Counted from the stretch's first letter, positions 37,149 to 47,026 are shown. The stretch: DNA of 55,904 nucleotides from an uncultured Lachnospiraceae bacterium (GCA_964590945.1 CAZPXF010000001.1:1-55904), one strand, 5' to 3'. Program-made: numbers and translations. The notes: generated from the letters alone by a model not told the origin.

Positions 37149-37840
37149 TAACGATCCTCTCCAATATCATTTAAAGAAATATATCCGCCATTACCATCAG
37201 CGGCATACAGTTCGACACGGTGGTATTGAAGCTCCGGCGTCCGCTCTCCGGCTTCATGCTCCATAGCGGAAATGACAAGCTGCGGTTTCAGGTTTTCAAC
37301 ACTTCCGGCCGAAAGCATCATCGCAAGTCCCTCTTCCGTCCGCTTCATATCATAGATCAAAGGTCTGATATTGACCTCTTTCTCACTTTTTTTGGTCTTC
37401 TTGACAACGACGATCTCTTTAAGCGTCATAAATCCAGAAACAAATTCTTCAGACAGCCAGGCCGGAAGCCTGTTCTCGTACTTTGGACAGATCAGATAAT
37501 CTGCGGCGGCTATGATAGACATTCCGTTTCCGGCGCCCTCCGGCAGATAACGATAGCTGGAAACAGTAATTCCGTCTACCATCACTGCATTTAAGCGCGC
37601 CACTGCCTCCGCAGACGGCATATTCTCCGTGACTTCAATGTCAAAATATTCTCCTTCACTTGTCAGTCCGATCCCAAGGGGATTTGCAAAAGACATGATC
37701 ATATGCGGACTGTAACCGGATGTAAATGCGATTGGAATCTCTGCGCGGCGCATCGCCTTCTGAAAATAACGCATCACATCCAGATGCCCGATGAATTTCA
37801 TAACGCCCGTCTTTGTAAATTTAATCCGTACGTTTTTCAA
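37148..37840 (-). CDS. DUF2344 / TIGR03936-type radical-SAM-linked protein
   Basis: TTG start 37840, 9 nt after GGAGGAGG, 20 nt inside the upstream gene. RIKFTKTGVMKFIGHLD signature. Its stop overlaps the rng ATG (TAATG). Confidence 0.8.
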   Translation of the reverse strand: MKNVRIKFTKTGVMKFIGHLDVMRYFQKAMRRAEIPIAFTSGYSPHMIMSFANPLGIGLTSEGEYFDIEVTENMPSAEAVARLNAVMVDGITVSSYRYLPEGAGNGMSIIAAADYLICPKYENRLPAWLSEEFVSGFMTLKEIVVVKKTKKSEKEVNIRPLIYDMKRTEEGLAMMLSAGSVENLKPQLVISAMEHEAGERTPELQYHRVELYAADGNGGYISLNDIGEDR

Positions 37841-39689
37841 AGCAGACACCTCCTCCAAATGACGCTGCGCCGCAGCCGGAGCATTGCATCCTGCAGTTCG
37901 GCGTGACGACGGCATTTTGCGCCCTCTCCCACTCGCGTTTCAGGAAATCCTTTGTCACCCCGACATCAATGAAATCCCACGGAAGGATCTCGTCTAAGCT
38001 CCGCTTTCTCGTATTGTAGAAATCCATGGAGATTCCCGTATTTTCAAACGCCTGGAGCCAGATATCGTAATGGAATTCCTCTGACCATGAGTCAAACAGC
38101 GCCCCCAGCCGGTACGCTTCCAGCAAAACCTTTGAGACGCGCCGGTCCCCGCGGGCAAATACGCCCTCCAGAACCGTCAGATCCGCCTCATGCCAGTGAT
38201 AACGGATACTCTTGTTGTTAAGCTGCGCTTTCTTTTCATTATTTACAATATAAGCGCGGCTGATGTAATCCTCCGTCGTCGTCATCTGCGCCCACTGGAA
38301 CGGCGTAAATGGCTTTGGCACAAAGAAGGAGGTGCTGATCGTGATCTGACATTTGCCATTTCTCTGATCCTTTGGGATCTCATAATATACACGCGCGATC
38401 TTGTCCGCAAGGCGGGGGATCTCTTTCATATCCTCTTCCGTCTCGAAGGGAAGTCCGAGCATGAAGTAAAGCTTTACCTTGTTCCAGCCGCCCTTAAACG
38501 CTTCTCCGGCTCCGGCAAGAATCGCATCCTCCGTAAGTCCTTTGTTGATAACATTGCGCATCCTCTGTGATCCGGCCTCCGGGGCAAATGTCAGGCTGCT
38601 CTTGCGGACGTCCTGTACCTTACTCATAACATCAAGGGAAAATGCATCGATGCGCAGGGATGGCAGGGAGATATTGATCTTTTTCTCCTTACAAGTATCG
38701 ATCAGGAAATTCACCAGCTCTTCCAAATGAGAGTAATCGCTGGAGCTTAAAGAACTGAGCGAAATCTCCTCATGCCCCGTATTTTTCAGCATCTCTTCTG
38801 CATAATGCTTGAGCATGTCCACATTGCGCTCCCGGATCGGGCGGTAGATCATGCCTGCCTGACAGAAACGGCATCCGCGGATGCATCCGCGCTGGATCTC
38901 CAGCACGACACGATCCTGAATGACCTTTATAAATGGTACGACCGGTTTTTCCGGGTAATACGTATCGGAGACGTCCGGCACGATCTCCTTCCGGATCTTT
39001 TCCGGAGCCTCCGGACAATTTGGCATAAAGGAAGCGATCGTTCCGTCCTCATGATATGTCGCCTCATAAAAAGCAGGCACATAAATACCCGGAATTCCAG
39101 CTGCTTTCTTCAAAAAGTCTTTCCTGGAAAGTCCCTGTTCTTTACATGTCCTGTAGAGATCAAACAACTCATAGTAAACGGTCTCACCCTCGCCGATATA
39201 GAAAATATCAAAGAAGTCGGCAAGCGGCTCCGGGTTGTAAGTACATGGGCCGCCGCCGATCACGATCGGATCGTCGTCAGAACGCTCCAGGGCAAATAGC
39301 GGGATCTGGGATAAATCCAGCACCTGCAGAATATTCGTATAGCACATCTCGAACTGGATCGTGATGCACAAAAAGTCAAAATCCCTGACCGGATCCTGGG
39401 ATTCCAGTGCAAAGAGCGGAATCTTCTCTTCCCGCATGATCTTATCCAGATCTGTCCATGGGGAATAGACGCGCTCGCACCAGATATCCGTCCGCTTGTT
39501 GAACATGTCGTAAAGGATCTGGATTCCCAGATGGCTCATGCCGATCTCATACAAATCCGGGAAACAAAAAGCTACCCGTATGTCGACCTTACTGCGGTCT
39601 TTTATCACCGCATTCACCTCGTTGCCGATGTAGCGGGCAGGTTTCTCTATTTTTAACAGTATTTCGTCACTTAATGCTAATTTTCTCAT
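37821..39689 (-). CDS. TIGR03960-type B12-binding-domain radical SAM protein of unknown function
   Basis: 622 aa. CxxxCxxC = CIRGCRFCQAG, N-terminal B12-like fold. Conserved partnership with DUF2344. Confidence 0.85.
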   Translation of the reverse strand: MRKLALSDEILLKIEKPARYIGNEVNAVIKDRSKVDIRVAFCFPDLYEIGMSHLGIQILYDMFNKRTDIWCERVYSPWTDLDKIMREEKIPLFALESQDPVRDFDFLCITIQFEMCYTNILQVLDLSQIPLFALERSDDDPIVIGGGPCTYNPEPLADFFDIFYIGEGETVYYELFDLYRTCKEQGLSRKDFLKKAAGIPGIYVPAFYEATYHEDGTIASFMPNCPEAPEKIRKEIVPDVSDTYYPEKPVVPFIKVIQDRVVLEIQRGCIRGCRFCQAGMIYRPIRERNVDMLKHYAEEMLKNTGHEEISLSSLSSSDYSHLEELVNFLIDTCKEKKINISLPSLRIDAFSLDVMSKVQDVRKSSLTFAPEAGSQRMRNVINKGLTEDAILAGAGEAFKGGWNKVKLYFMLGLPFETEEDMKEIPRLADKIARVYYEIPKDQRNGKCQITISTSFFVPKPFTPFQWAQMTTTEDYISRAYIVNNEKKAQLNNKSIRYHWHEADLTVLEGVFARGDRRVSKVLLEAYRLGALFDSWSEEFHYDIWLQAFENTGISMDFYNTRKRSLDEILPWDFIDVGVTKDFLKREWERAQNAVVTPNCRMQCSGCGAASFGGGVCFEKRTD

Positions 39690-39743
39690 ATTATCTTCCT
39701 TTTTGCGTACCAGGCAGACCGTCGGCGTGCCTTTGCTTTTCTA

Positions 39744-39772
39744 ACTGTAGCAAAAAAAAATATTCGCGTCAA
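39744..39772 (-). promoter_or_regulatory. putative sigma-A promoter of the radical SAM operon
   Basis: On the minus strand, TTGACG (39772-39767), 17 nt, TACAGT (39749-39744). Confidence 0.45.
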
Positions 39773-39885
39773 TTATGATTCCGAAAGTCTGTAAAAAGTT
39801 TTTACGGTTACTTATCTATTGCATTTTTTTGTGATTCGTGTTTAACTTTAATTAGAAAGCATTAGAGTCAAATGGAGGATTTTTT

Positions 39886-40743
39886 ATGTCCGAGATAAGA
39901 GAACTCATTCACAGTTCAAATCTGACCAGAACACAGGAGACGATCGGCAATTATATTCTGGACAATTCGGATGAAGCCTGTTTTATGACGTCCACGGAGA
40001 TCGCTTTGAAGCTTGGCGTCAGTGAATCTTCCGTCATCCGTTTCTGCCGTTCCTTAGGGTTCAGCGGTTTTATGGATTTTCAGAAGGCCATGCGGAAGGA
40101 CTATCAGGATAAGATACTTCGCATTTCGAGCTCAGTTACGGTTCCGGCACAACGTATCGCGAAAAGTTTTAAAATGGCAAATACATCGGATTATGTGCAC
40201 AGCCACCTGCAAAACACAGCGAAAAATATGGAAGAAATCTTTATCCAAAATACATTTGATACGTTTGAACAGGCTGCCGACTGCATTATCTCCAGCAAAC
40301 ATAAATATATCGCTGCTTCCCGTGCAAATACGTGTCTTGCGGATTATTTTCTCATTTATCTCAAGCACATGCTCCCGAATGTGGAGCTTGCCAATTCCAC
40401 CGCATGCAGTCCGATCGACCATATTTGCAATATTACTCAGGATGACTGTTTGATACTGTTCAGCTTTCCGCGATATTCATCCGTTGATAAGCTTACCGCT
40501 GAGATGGCGGCCGATGCAGGTGCAAAGATCATTGTCATCACGGACAAGCCAAGCTCTTTATTCGCACAATATGCAACTATATTATTTACGGTTCCTGTGG
40601 ACAGTAATACATTTTTCAATTCCCTGGTCGCGCCCCAGTTTCTGACAGAAACATTGCTGGATACGATCAGCCACAGGGTAAAGGGAATCGAAAAGCGGCT
40701 AAAGAAAATAGATAAATATCTTGAGGAATTAGGAAACTATTAA
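39886..40743 (+). CDS. MurR/RpiR family transcriptional regulator (HTH + SIS)
   Basis: 285 aa. N-terminal HTH_6 (TSTEIALKLGVSESSVIRFCRSLGFSGF) and C-terminal SIS domain. Confidence 0.88.
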   Translation: MSEIRELIHSSNLTRTQETIGNYILDNSDEACFMTSTEIALKLGVSESSVIRFCRSLGFSGFMDFQKAMRKDYQDKILRISSSVTVPAQRIAKSFKMANTSDYVHSHLQNTAKNMEEIFIQNTFDTFEQAADCIISSKHKYIAASRANTCLADYFLIYLKHMLPNVELANSTACSPIDHICNITQDDCLILFSFPRYSSVDKLTAEMAADAGAKIIVITDKPSSLFAQYATILFTVPVDSNTFFNSLVAPQFLTETLLDTISHRVKGIEKRLKKIDKYLEELGNY

Positions 40744-40750
40744 CCCACAG

Positions 40751-40780
40751 CAGACTGGTTTATGCCAGTCTGTTTTTTTT
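40751..40780 (+). terminator. intrinsic terminator after the rpiR-family gene
   Basis: CAGACTGG, 6-nt loop, CCAGTCTG, then eight T. Confidence 0.85.
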
Positions 40781-40888
40781 ATAAAATAAATAAATTTTTT
40801 TTAAAATTGTAAGGATCATTCCCAAATTTGTCCAAAAAATAACTATTATTGCAATTCTTTTTCCAGTATGTTATTGTATTTTATAGAA

Positions 40889-40939
40889 AAGAAGAATATT
40901 CTTCATATTATATTTAATAAGAAGAATATAATTCTCTTC
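40889..40939. promoter_or_regulatory. pair of related palindromes upstream of ald (candidate operator)
   Basis: Perfect 14-bp palindrome GAAGAATATTCTTC (40891-40904). Related GAAGAATATAATTCTCTTC (40921-40939) lies 30 bp downstream. Shared AAGAAGAATAT direct repeat. Confidence 0.35.
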
Positions 40940-40983
40940 CGCCGCAGGCGCAGCAAAAAAATACTACAAATGGAGGAAAACAA

Positions 40984-42096
40984 ATGAGAGTCGGATGTGT
41001 AACAGAAATTAAAAAACAGGAATACCGTGTTGGTATGACGCCTGAAAACGTACAGAGCTATGTTGCAGCAGGTCACGAAGTATGGATGGAAAAGGATGCA
41101 GGCGTTGGCTCGGGTTTTACAACGGAAGAATACGAAGCCGCAGGAGCCAGGATCTGTGATACGGCAAAAGAAGTCTGGGACGGCGTTGATATGATGATCA
41201 AGGTTAAAGAACCGCTGCCGGAAGAATACCCTCTGTTCCATGAAGGAATGATCCTTTATACATATCTTCACATTGCAGCCGACAGACCGCAGATGGACGC
41301 ACTGTTGAATGCAAAAGTAAAAGGTGTGGCTTATGAGACACTGATGGAAAGAAACCGCTCTCTTCCTCTCCTCGCCCCGATGAGCCAGATTGCCGGACGT
41401 CTCAGCATTCAGGAGGGCGCGAAATATCTTGAAAAACCATTTGGAGGTTCCGGACAGCTCCTGTCAGGTGTCCCGGGAACTCCAAAGGCCAATGTACTGA
41501 TCCTCGGCGCAGGTACTGTCGGAACAAATGCCTGCAAGATCGCTTCAGGCATGGGCGCGAATGTTACGATTACAGATATTAATCTTGAGCGGCTTGCTTA
41601 TCTGGATGACATCTTCGGCTCCAGAATCCAGACAATGTACAGCACAGACGCTGCGATCGCAAAGCTTGTTCAGAATGCGGATCTTGTGATCGGCTCCGTA
41701 CTGATCCCTGGAAAGAAGGCGCCGAAACTGATGAAGAGATCTTACTTAAAGACGATGAAGCCTGGTTCCGTTATCGTTGATGTTGCAGTTGACCAGGGCG
41801 GATGCTGTGAATCAACAAAGGTAACATACCATGAGGATCCTGTATTCATGGAAGACGGCATCGTACACTACTGTGTAGGAAATATGCCGGGCGCAGTTCC
41901 GAGAACATCCACGATCGCCCTGACAAACGCGACATTGAAATACGGTCTTCAGATCGCCGGAAAGGGCCTTGAAACAGCTTGTAAGGAAAATGATGTTATC
42001 TACTCTGCGATCAATACATATGACGGAAAACTTACATGCAGGAATGTTGCAGACAGCTTCGGTCTTGAATATACGAACCCGGTATCTGTCATGTAA
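40984..42096 (+). CDS. ald: alanine dehydrogenase
   Basis: 370 aa. MRVGCVTEIK..EYRVG, GAGTVG NAD fold, VDVAVDQGG, HYCVGNMPGAVPRTST. Confidence 0.95.
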   Translation: MRVGCVTEIKKQEYRVGMTPENVQSYVAAGHEVWMEKDAGVGSGFTTEEYEAAGARICDTAKEVWDGVDMMIKVKEPLPEEYPLFHEGMILYTYLHIAADRPQMDALLNAKVKGVAYETLMERNRSLPLLAPMSQIAGRLSIQEGAKYLEKPFGGSGQLLSGVPGTPKANVLILGAGTVGTNACKIASGMGANVTITDINLERLAYLDDIFGSRIQTMYSTDAAIAKLVQNADLVIGSVLIPGKKAPKLMKRSYLKTMKPGSVIVDVAVDQGGCCESTKVTYHEDPVFMEDGIVHYCVGNMPGAVPRTSTIALTNATLKYGLQIAGKGLETACKENDVIYSAINTYDGKLTCRNVADSFGLEYTNPVSVM

Positions 42097-42167
42097 TCCT
42101 GGATACAAGATTATTTACATGATCAGCGCCATGAATTGATTTTATAAATGGGATGAAAGTTTGAGCG

Positions 42168-42216
42168 AAAAAAGTCATGGGCGAGAGGTTCATTCCCCTT
42201 TCCCATGACTTTCTTT
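42168..42216. terminator. bidirectional terminator between convergent ald and the nucleoside operon
   Basis: AAAGTCATGGG / CCCATGACTTT 11-bp stem (42171-42212), with an A-run before it and a T-rich run after. Confidence 0.65.
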
Positions 42217-42824
42217 CACGCCAGTTCCTTTATATAAATGCCATCCTTTTTGCAGAATCCCATTTTCCGGAGATATTCCTGATGATTATCGTTCGGCCCC
42301 GAGTAGATCAGTGTCCGGATCCCGTTTTTCGGGAGCATTTCCATTAAATATTTCCCAATGGAGCAATCCCTGTACATCGGAATCGAATAGTCCAGAGAAA
42401 TATCCAGTATTCCTTCCGAATCTTTCCCCAGCATAACTCCGGCGGGCACGGCGTCGCAGCACACGATAAACGCCCGGTTAACCCTGGAAAGATTCAGATC
42501 AATTCCAGGGAAACATGCTTCGATATCTTTCCTGTAATGTTCCAGAATGTAGGCCAGAAAACTGTCATCATTTGATACGCTGAGCAGATCATAATTCGTC
42601 TCTTTATTTCTAAGATGCCATAAAAAATGAATATTGATAAGCACAAGGCAGAAATTCATGAGCGCCGTTGGGTATGAGTGAATGATCAGCGCGTAAATTG
42701 CGAAGATCAGACTGCCGACGGAATTCACGACCCGGAGTTTCACTACGGATGTCATAAGGAAAGCAACCAGTACCAAAATGGAGCCAATATAACCTACCAG
42801 TTCAATTATTATTGCTGTACTCAT
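42216..42824 (-). CDS. fusion protein: YgjV-like 3-TM membrane module plus GNAT-like cytoplasmic domain
   Basis: 202 aa. Residues 1-75 form three hydrophobic helices. The C-terminus has a GNAT motif-A-like IPMYRDCSIGKYLMEML..YLRKMGF. Lies 12 nt after deoC. Confidence 0.5.
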   Translation of the reverse strand: MSTAIIIELVGYIGSILVLVAFLMTSVVKLRVVNSVGSLIFAIYALIIHSYPTALMNFCLVLINIHFLWHLRNKETNYDLLSVSNDDSFLAYILEHYRKDIEACFPGIDLNLSRVNRAFIVCCDAVPAGVMLGKDSEGILDISLDYSIPMYRDCSIGKYLMEMLPKNGIRTLIYSGPNDNHQEYLRKMGFCKKDGIYIKELA

Positions 42825-42836
42825 ATGACTTACCGA

Positions 42837-43505
42837 TCAATAACCCTTTCCATTGTCCGTATTCTTCAGGATCTTAATGAGCCTGCTTGTACCGAGACGC
42901 TCCGCCCCAAGACGTACAAATTCTCTTGCGTCGTCAAAGGAAGAGATCCCGCCGGCCGCTTTTACTTTTACATTTTCACCGATATGGCGTTTCATAAGCG
43001 CAACATCCTCAAAGGTAGCGCCGGAGGATGAAAATCCGGTGGACGTCTTAATGTAATCCGCGCCTGCGCTTGTCACGATCTCGCACATTCTGATCTTTTC
43101 AGCTTCTGTCAGCAGGCATGTCTCGATGATGACCTTTAAAATATGACCGCCGCAGGCTTCTTTGACCGCTTTGATCTCCTCTTCCAGTTCCTGATACATA
43201 CTGTCCTTTACAAAACCGATATTAATGACCATATCGATCTCTGACGCGCCCCTGGCGATGGCGTCCTTTGTTTCAAACACCTTCGTCTCTGTCGTGCTGT
43301 AGCCGTTTGGGAAACCAATGACTGTGCAGATCGGGAGCTTTCCGTCCACATACTTTGCTGCCCTCTCTACATAAGCTGCCGGGATACATGCGGACGCAGT
43401 TCCGTATTTCATCGCATCATCCAGGATCTCGCGTATCTCATTCCACGTGGCTGTCTGTGTCAGTAATGTGTGATCCACATATTTTAATAATTCCGTATCT
43501 TTCAT
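42837..43505 (-). CDS. deoC: deoxyribose-phosphate aldolase
   Basis: ATG 43505 ([15 protein letters not shown]). [23 protein letters not shown] Schiff-base Lys, VKAAGGI. Confidence 0.93.
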   Translation of the reverse strand: MKDTELLKYVDHTLLTQTATWNEIREILDDAMKYGTASACIPAAYVERAAKYVDGKLPICTVIGFPNGYSTTETKVFETKDAIARGASEIDMVINIGFVKDSMYQELEEEIKAVKEACGGHILKVIIETCLLTEAEKIRMCEIVTSAGADYIKTSTGFSSSGATFEDVALMKRHIGENVKVKAAGGISSFDDAREFVRLGAERLGTSRLIKILKNTDNGKGY

Positions 43506-43536
43506 ATTCCAAAATACCCCTTTTCTTTCAACCGTT

Positions 43537-44163
43537 TTAGATGCCCAGTTTTTCATATCCAAGTATTTTCTCAATCTGCGAGCAGACGATCGCAAATGCG
43601 ACCGCATTTTGCCCGCTGTTTATTACGATATCAGCCTTAGCCTTTGTCGGCTCGACAAAAATATTATGCATTGGTTTCACCGTACTCAGATATTGGTCGA
43701 CAATATCATCCAGTTCCCGTCCCCGTTCTTTTACATCCCGGAGAATACGCCTCAAAATACGCTCATCCGCGTCTGCATCGACAAAAATCCTGATATCCAG
43801 AAGATTACAGATGCGTTCATCAGCCAGTAATAAGATTCCTTCTACAATGATGATCTTATTCGGTTTGATCTCAACAGTCTCGCTGGAACGGTTATGCTGT
43901 GTGTAATCATAAACAGGACACAGAATCGTCTTACCGTCTTTTAACGCCCTCAAATGCTCCAAAAGCAGATCTGTTTCCAACGCGTCCGGATGGTCATAAT
44001 TGACTTTCCTTCTTTCTTCTAAAGGAATATCCCCCTGCTGACGGTAATAATTGTCATGATAGATCACAGTGACCGCATCTCCAAAATATGCTTTTAAACG
44101 GTTTGTAAATGTTGATTTTCCGGAACCGGTTCCACCGGCAATTCCTATGATTACTGTTTCCAT
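43537..44163 (-). CDS. udk: uridine kinase
   Basis: 208 aa. [33 protein letters not shown]. Confidence 0.93.
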   Translation of the reverse strand: METVIIGIAGGTGSGKSTFTNRLKAYFGDAVTVIYHDNYYRQQGDIPLEERRKVNYDHPDALETDLLLEHLRALKDGKTILCPVYDYTQHNRSSETVEIKPNKIIIVEGILLLADERICNLLDIRIFVDADADERILRRILRDVKERGRELDDIVDQYLSTVKPMHNIFVEPTKAKADIVINSGQNAVAFAIVCSQIEKILGYEKLGI

Positions 44164-44200
44164 TTTTCCTCTTATTTCAGCGCCGGTTCAAATGCCGGAA

Positions 44201-45013
44201 CTATATGTTCTGAATAACTGCGGCTACAAGCTTCTTAAAATCAGAAGATACACGGTCGGCGATCTCCTGCACCTCCTTGTGATCGAGCGCTTCTGTAGTC
44301 ATGCCGGCCGCAAGGTTGGTGATACAGGAAATGCCGCACACCTCAAGTCCCATATGACACGCCGCCATTGCCTCGCAGGCTGTGCTCATTCCAACCGCAT
44401 CTCCTCCCCAGGTCCTGCACAGGCGCACCTCAGCCGGAGTCTCATAATTCGGGCCGGTAAACTGTACATATACGCCTTCACGGATCGGAACATCACATTC
44501 GTATGCGCATTTACGGATGACGTCCTGCATACGGTTACTGTACACATTGCTCATATCCGGGAAGCGGTCCCCAAGCTCGTCCACATTCGGCCCTATAAGG
44601 GGACTTGGAATACCCGTCGTAATGTGATCGGTGATCATCATCAGGTCTCCGGGTTTGAACGTTTCATTCACCCCTCCGGCAGCATTTGTCAGCATGATCT
44701 TCCTGGCTCCAAGGAGTCCCATGAGGCGTGTTGGAAGTACGACGTCCGGCATAGCATATCCTTCATAATAATGGACTCTTCCCTGCATGATAACTACCGG
44801 GACAATTCCAACATATCCGAATACAAAACGCCCTTTATGTCCTGCAACAGTAGAAACGGGAAATCCCTCAATATCATTATAATCAACAGTTGCCTCAATC
44901 CGGATCCCATCTGCAAAGTCCCCAAGTCCTGAGCCAAGTATCAGACCGACCTCCGGTTTGAAATCCGTCTTTTCCCGCACGCTTGCGAGGCATGTCATTA
45001 ATTTTTTATACAT
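44201..45013 (-). CDS. punA: purine nucleoside phosphorylase (trimeric, inosine/guanosine type)
   Basis: 270 aa. ILGSGLG, STVAGHKGRFVFG, MQGRVHYYEG, TNAAGG, VGMST. Confidence 0.9.
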   Translation of the reverse strand: MYKKLMTCLASVREKTDFKPEVGLILGSGLGDFADGIRIEATVDYNDIEGFPVSTVAGHKGRFVFGYVGIVPVVIMQGRVHYYEGYAMPDVVLPTRLMGLLGARKIMLTNAAGGVNETFKPGDLMMITDHITTGIPSPLIGPNVDELGDRFPDMSNVYSNRMQDVIRKCAYECDVPIREGVYVQFTGPNYETPAEVRLCRTWGGDAVGMSTACEAMAACHMGLEVCGISCITNLAAGMTTEALDHKEVQEIADRVSSDFKKLVAAVIQNI

Positions 45014-45029
45014 GTCTAATCATCCTCTT

Positions 45030-45761
45030 TTATAAATTTTCTGTAAGTATTTCTGATACAATTTTAACTAACTGAAGATACTGGTCATAATTGATCACTA
45101 TGTAATTACCCTGCGTTGTCAATAAACCATTCTCTTTAAATTTGTTGATGGAACGGGTAATTGTTTTGATACACAGCCCCGTACAGTCTGACAGTTCCTG
45201 CCGGTTTTTCTTTAAGTGCAGTATCCCATTCTGAGCATATTCACGGTAACGTTTCATCAAAATATAAGCAACACGGTTTGACCCCTGCAGGAACAGAAGA
45301 TTTCGCCCTACACGATCCTGTTCCAGAAGATATTCCCCCATAAGGCGTGCTTCCAGCTTCATAGCAATCGCGTCAGAATCCAGCCATTTCTGGAAATCAT
45401 TTTTAGGAATTTTAAGGACAATACAGTCAGTCACAGTCTGAAGCGTCGTCTGATAAGTATCCAGGTTGATAATGACCTCCATACCGCCCAGGGCATATAC
45501 TTTATTGAACAACATAAAATCATAGTTGATCCCGAATATCCGGCAGTCTGTTGCCTTTACGATGCCCTCTCCGACAAAGTAAATCATGTCTACCGGCTCG
45601 CCTTCCCGTACAAAGGTCGTTCTTTTTGGCATATTTTCGACTGTACAACGGTTCAAAAGCCATTTGGGCGCTGTCAGGAAATGATCCTCAAATTGCTGTC
45701 TTCTGTCCGCATCTATTTTATTCAGAAAAGGTAATATTTGCTTTAAATAATCTTCATTCAT
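45030..45761 (-). CDS. Crp/Fnr family transcriptional regulator
   Basis: 243 aa. cNMP-binding-like beta-roll (FVREGEPVDMIYFVGEGIVK) and C-terminal HTH (RQELSDCTGLCIKTITRSINKF). Its ATG overlaps the upstream stop (ATGA). Confidence 0.85.
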   Translation of the reverse strand: MNEDYLKQILPFLNKIDADRRQQFEDHFLTAPKWLLNRCTVENMPKRTTFVREGEPVDMIYFVGEGIVKATDCRIFGINYDFMLFNKVYALGGMEVIINLDTYQTTLQTVTDCIVLKIPKNDFQKWLDSDAIAMKLEARLMGEYLLEQDRVGRNLLFLQGSNRVAYILMKRYREYAQNGILHLKKNRQELSDCTGLCIKTITRSINKFKENGLLTTQGNYIVINYDQYLQLVKIVSEILTENL

Positions 45762-47026
45762 AGTATCTCTTTGCCTTTTACATATTTTGCCTGAATATTT
45801 TTATCTTCCGCAAGATAGACCAGCCGCTCCAGCCGCTCTTTAACCGTGAGCTTTTTCGGAGATCTTAAGCCTGATTCATTGAGCACGACGGCGTCAAATT
45901 CATATCCGGGTTCGAAGCTTCCGACTTTTCCGAAGAACTCTCCGCCGCCCTTTGTCGCAAGATAGAAAGCCTCTTCTAATTTAAGCGGCGGCAGGCTTTG
46001 GTCGACCAGTCTCCACCTGAGCTTGGAGCATTGGATCGCCATTGCCATCGCCTGGAACATAGAAAGACTTGATCCTGCCGCAACATCCGTACCAAGTCCC
46101 AGCTTCATACCCTGATCAAGGAAGCGCCGTACCGGAGCAATCCCGGATGAAAGATTCGCGTTCGATTCCGGACAATGGGCAATAAATACATTCTGGTCCT
46201 TCATCATCCTTATCTCATCATCCGTGCTGTGCACGCAATGCGCCATGATTGTCGGACAGTCGTCTCCAAACATCCCATGCAGATTATACGCATCACCGTA
46301 AAATTCAGATTTCGGACACAATTCTTTTACCCATGCGATCTCATTTAGATTTTCGGACAGATGAGACTGCATTGGGAGCTTATATTTCTTCTGAAGAATG
46401 GAAAGACCGTCCATCAGTTCATCCGAACAGGTCGGAATAAATCTCGGCGTCAGGATCGGCTTTACATTTTGAAATTCCGCACATTCTTCGATCCATTTTT
46501 CCGTATCTTCGACTGCCTTTTGCGCGCTTTCTTCGCACAGATAGTCCGGACTGTTGCGGTCCATATTTACCTTGCCGACGTACGCAGCGATGCCTGCTTC
46601 TTCTAATTTCCGCATCAAAAGGAGCGTTGTATGTCTGTGAAGTGTTCCGAATATACAGGCTCTTGTTGTCGCGCTCCTGAGAAGCTCATCTGTAAATATA
46701 TTATACGCCTTTTCCGCATATTCTGCATCTGCATATCTGGCTTCTTCCACAAAAGTATACGTGTTCAGCCAGTCGATCAGTTCCAGATCCATTGCCATTC
46801 CGCGGAATGAATACTGCGGTGCATGCACATGCAGATCTGTCATTCCCGGAATGACAATATGATCGCCGTAGTCGTGGCATTCCAGATTTTTATAACATTC
46901 CGGCAGATCTCGGAAAACGCCTCTGCAGATACCATCTATGCAGACTGCATAGCTATCCTCCCATATTTCAATTTCCGAACTGTTTTTGCTGTAGCAAATA
47001 CTCCCCTTTATAATAAACTCTGCCAT
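45758..47026 (-). CDS. guaD: guanine deaminase (amidohydrolase superfamily)
   Basis: 422 aa. DLHVHAPQ..LIDWLNTYTF..E.RY.D.EYA..LLRSATTRACIFGTLH pattern as in GuaD, later HLSEN and HC..S. Confidence 0.75.
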   Translation of the reverse strand: MAEFIIKGSICYSKNSSEIEIWEDSYAVCIDGICRGVFRDLPECYKNLECHDYGDHIVIPGMTDLHVHAPQYSFRGMAMDLELIDWLNTYTFVEEARYADAEYAEKAYNIFTDELLRSATTRACIFGTLHRHTTLLLMRKLEEAGIAAYVGKVNMDRNSPDYLCEESAQKAVEDTEKWIEECAEFQNVKPILTPRFIPTCSDELMDGLSILQKKYKLPMQSHLSENLNEIAWVKELCPKSEFYGDAYNLHGMFGDDCPTIMAHCVHSTDDEIRMMKDQNVFIAHCPESNANLSSGIAPVRRFLDQGMKLGLGTDVAAGSSLSMFQAMAMAIQCSKLRWRLVDQSLPPLKLEEAFYLATKGGGEFFGKVGSFEPGYEFDAVVLNESGLRSPKKLTVKERLERLVYLAEDKNIQAKYVKGKEIL

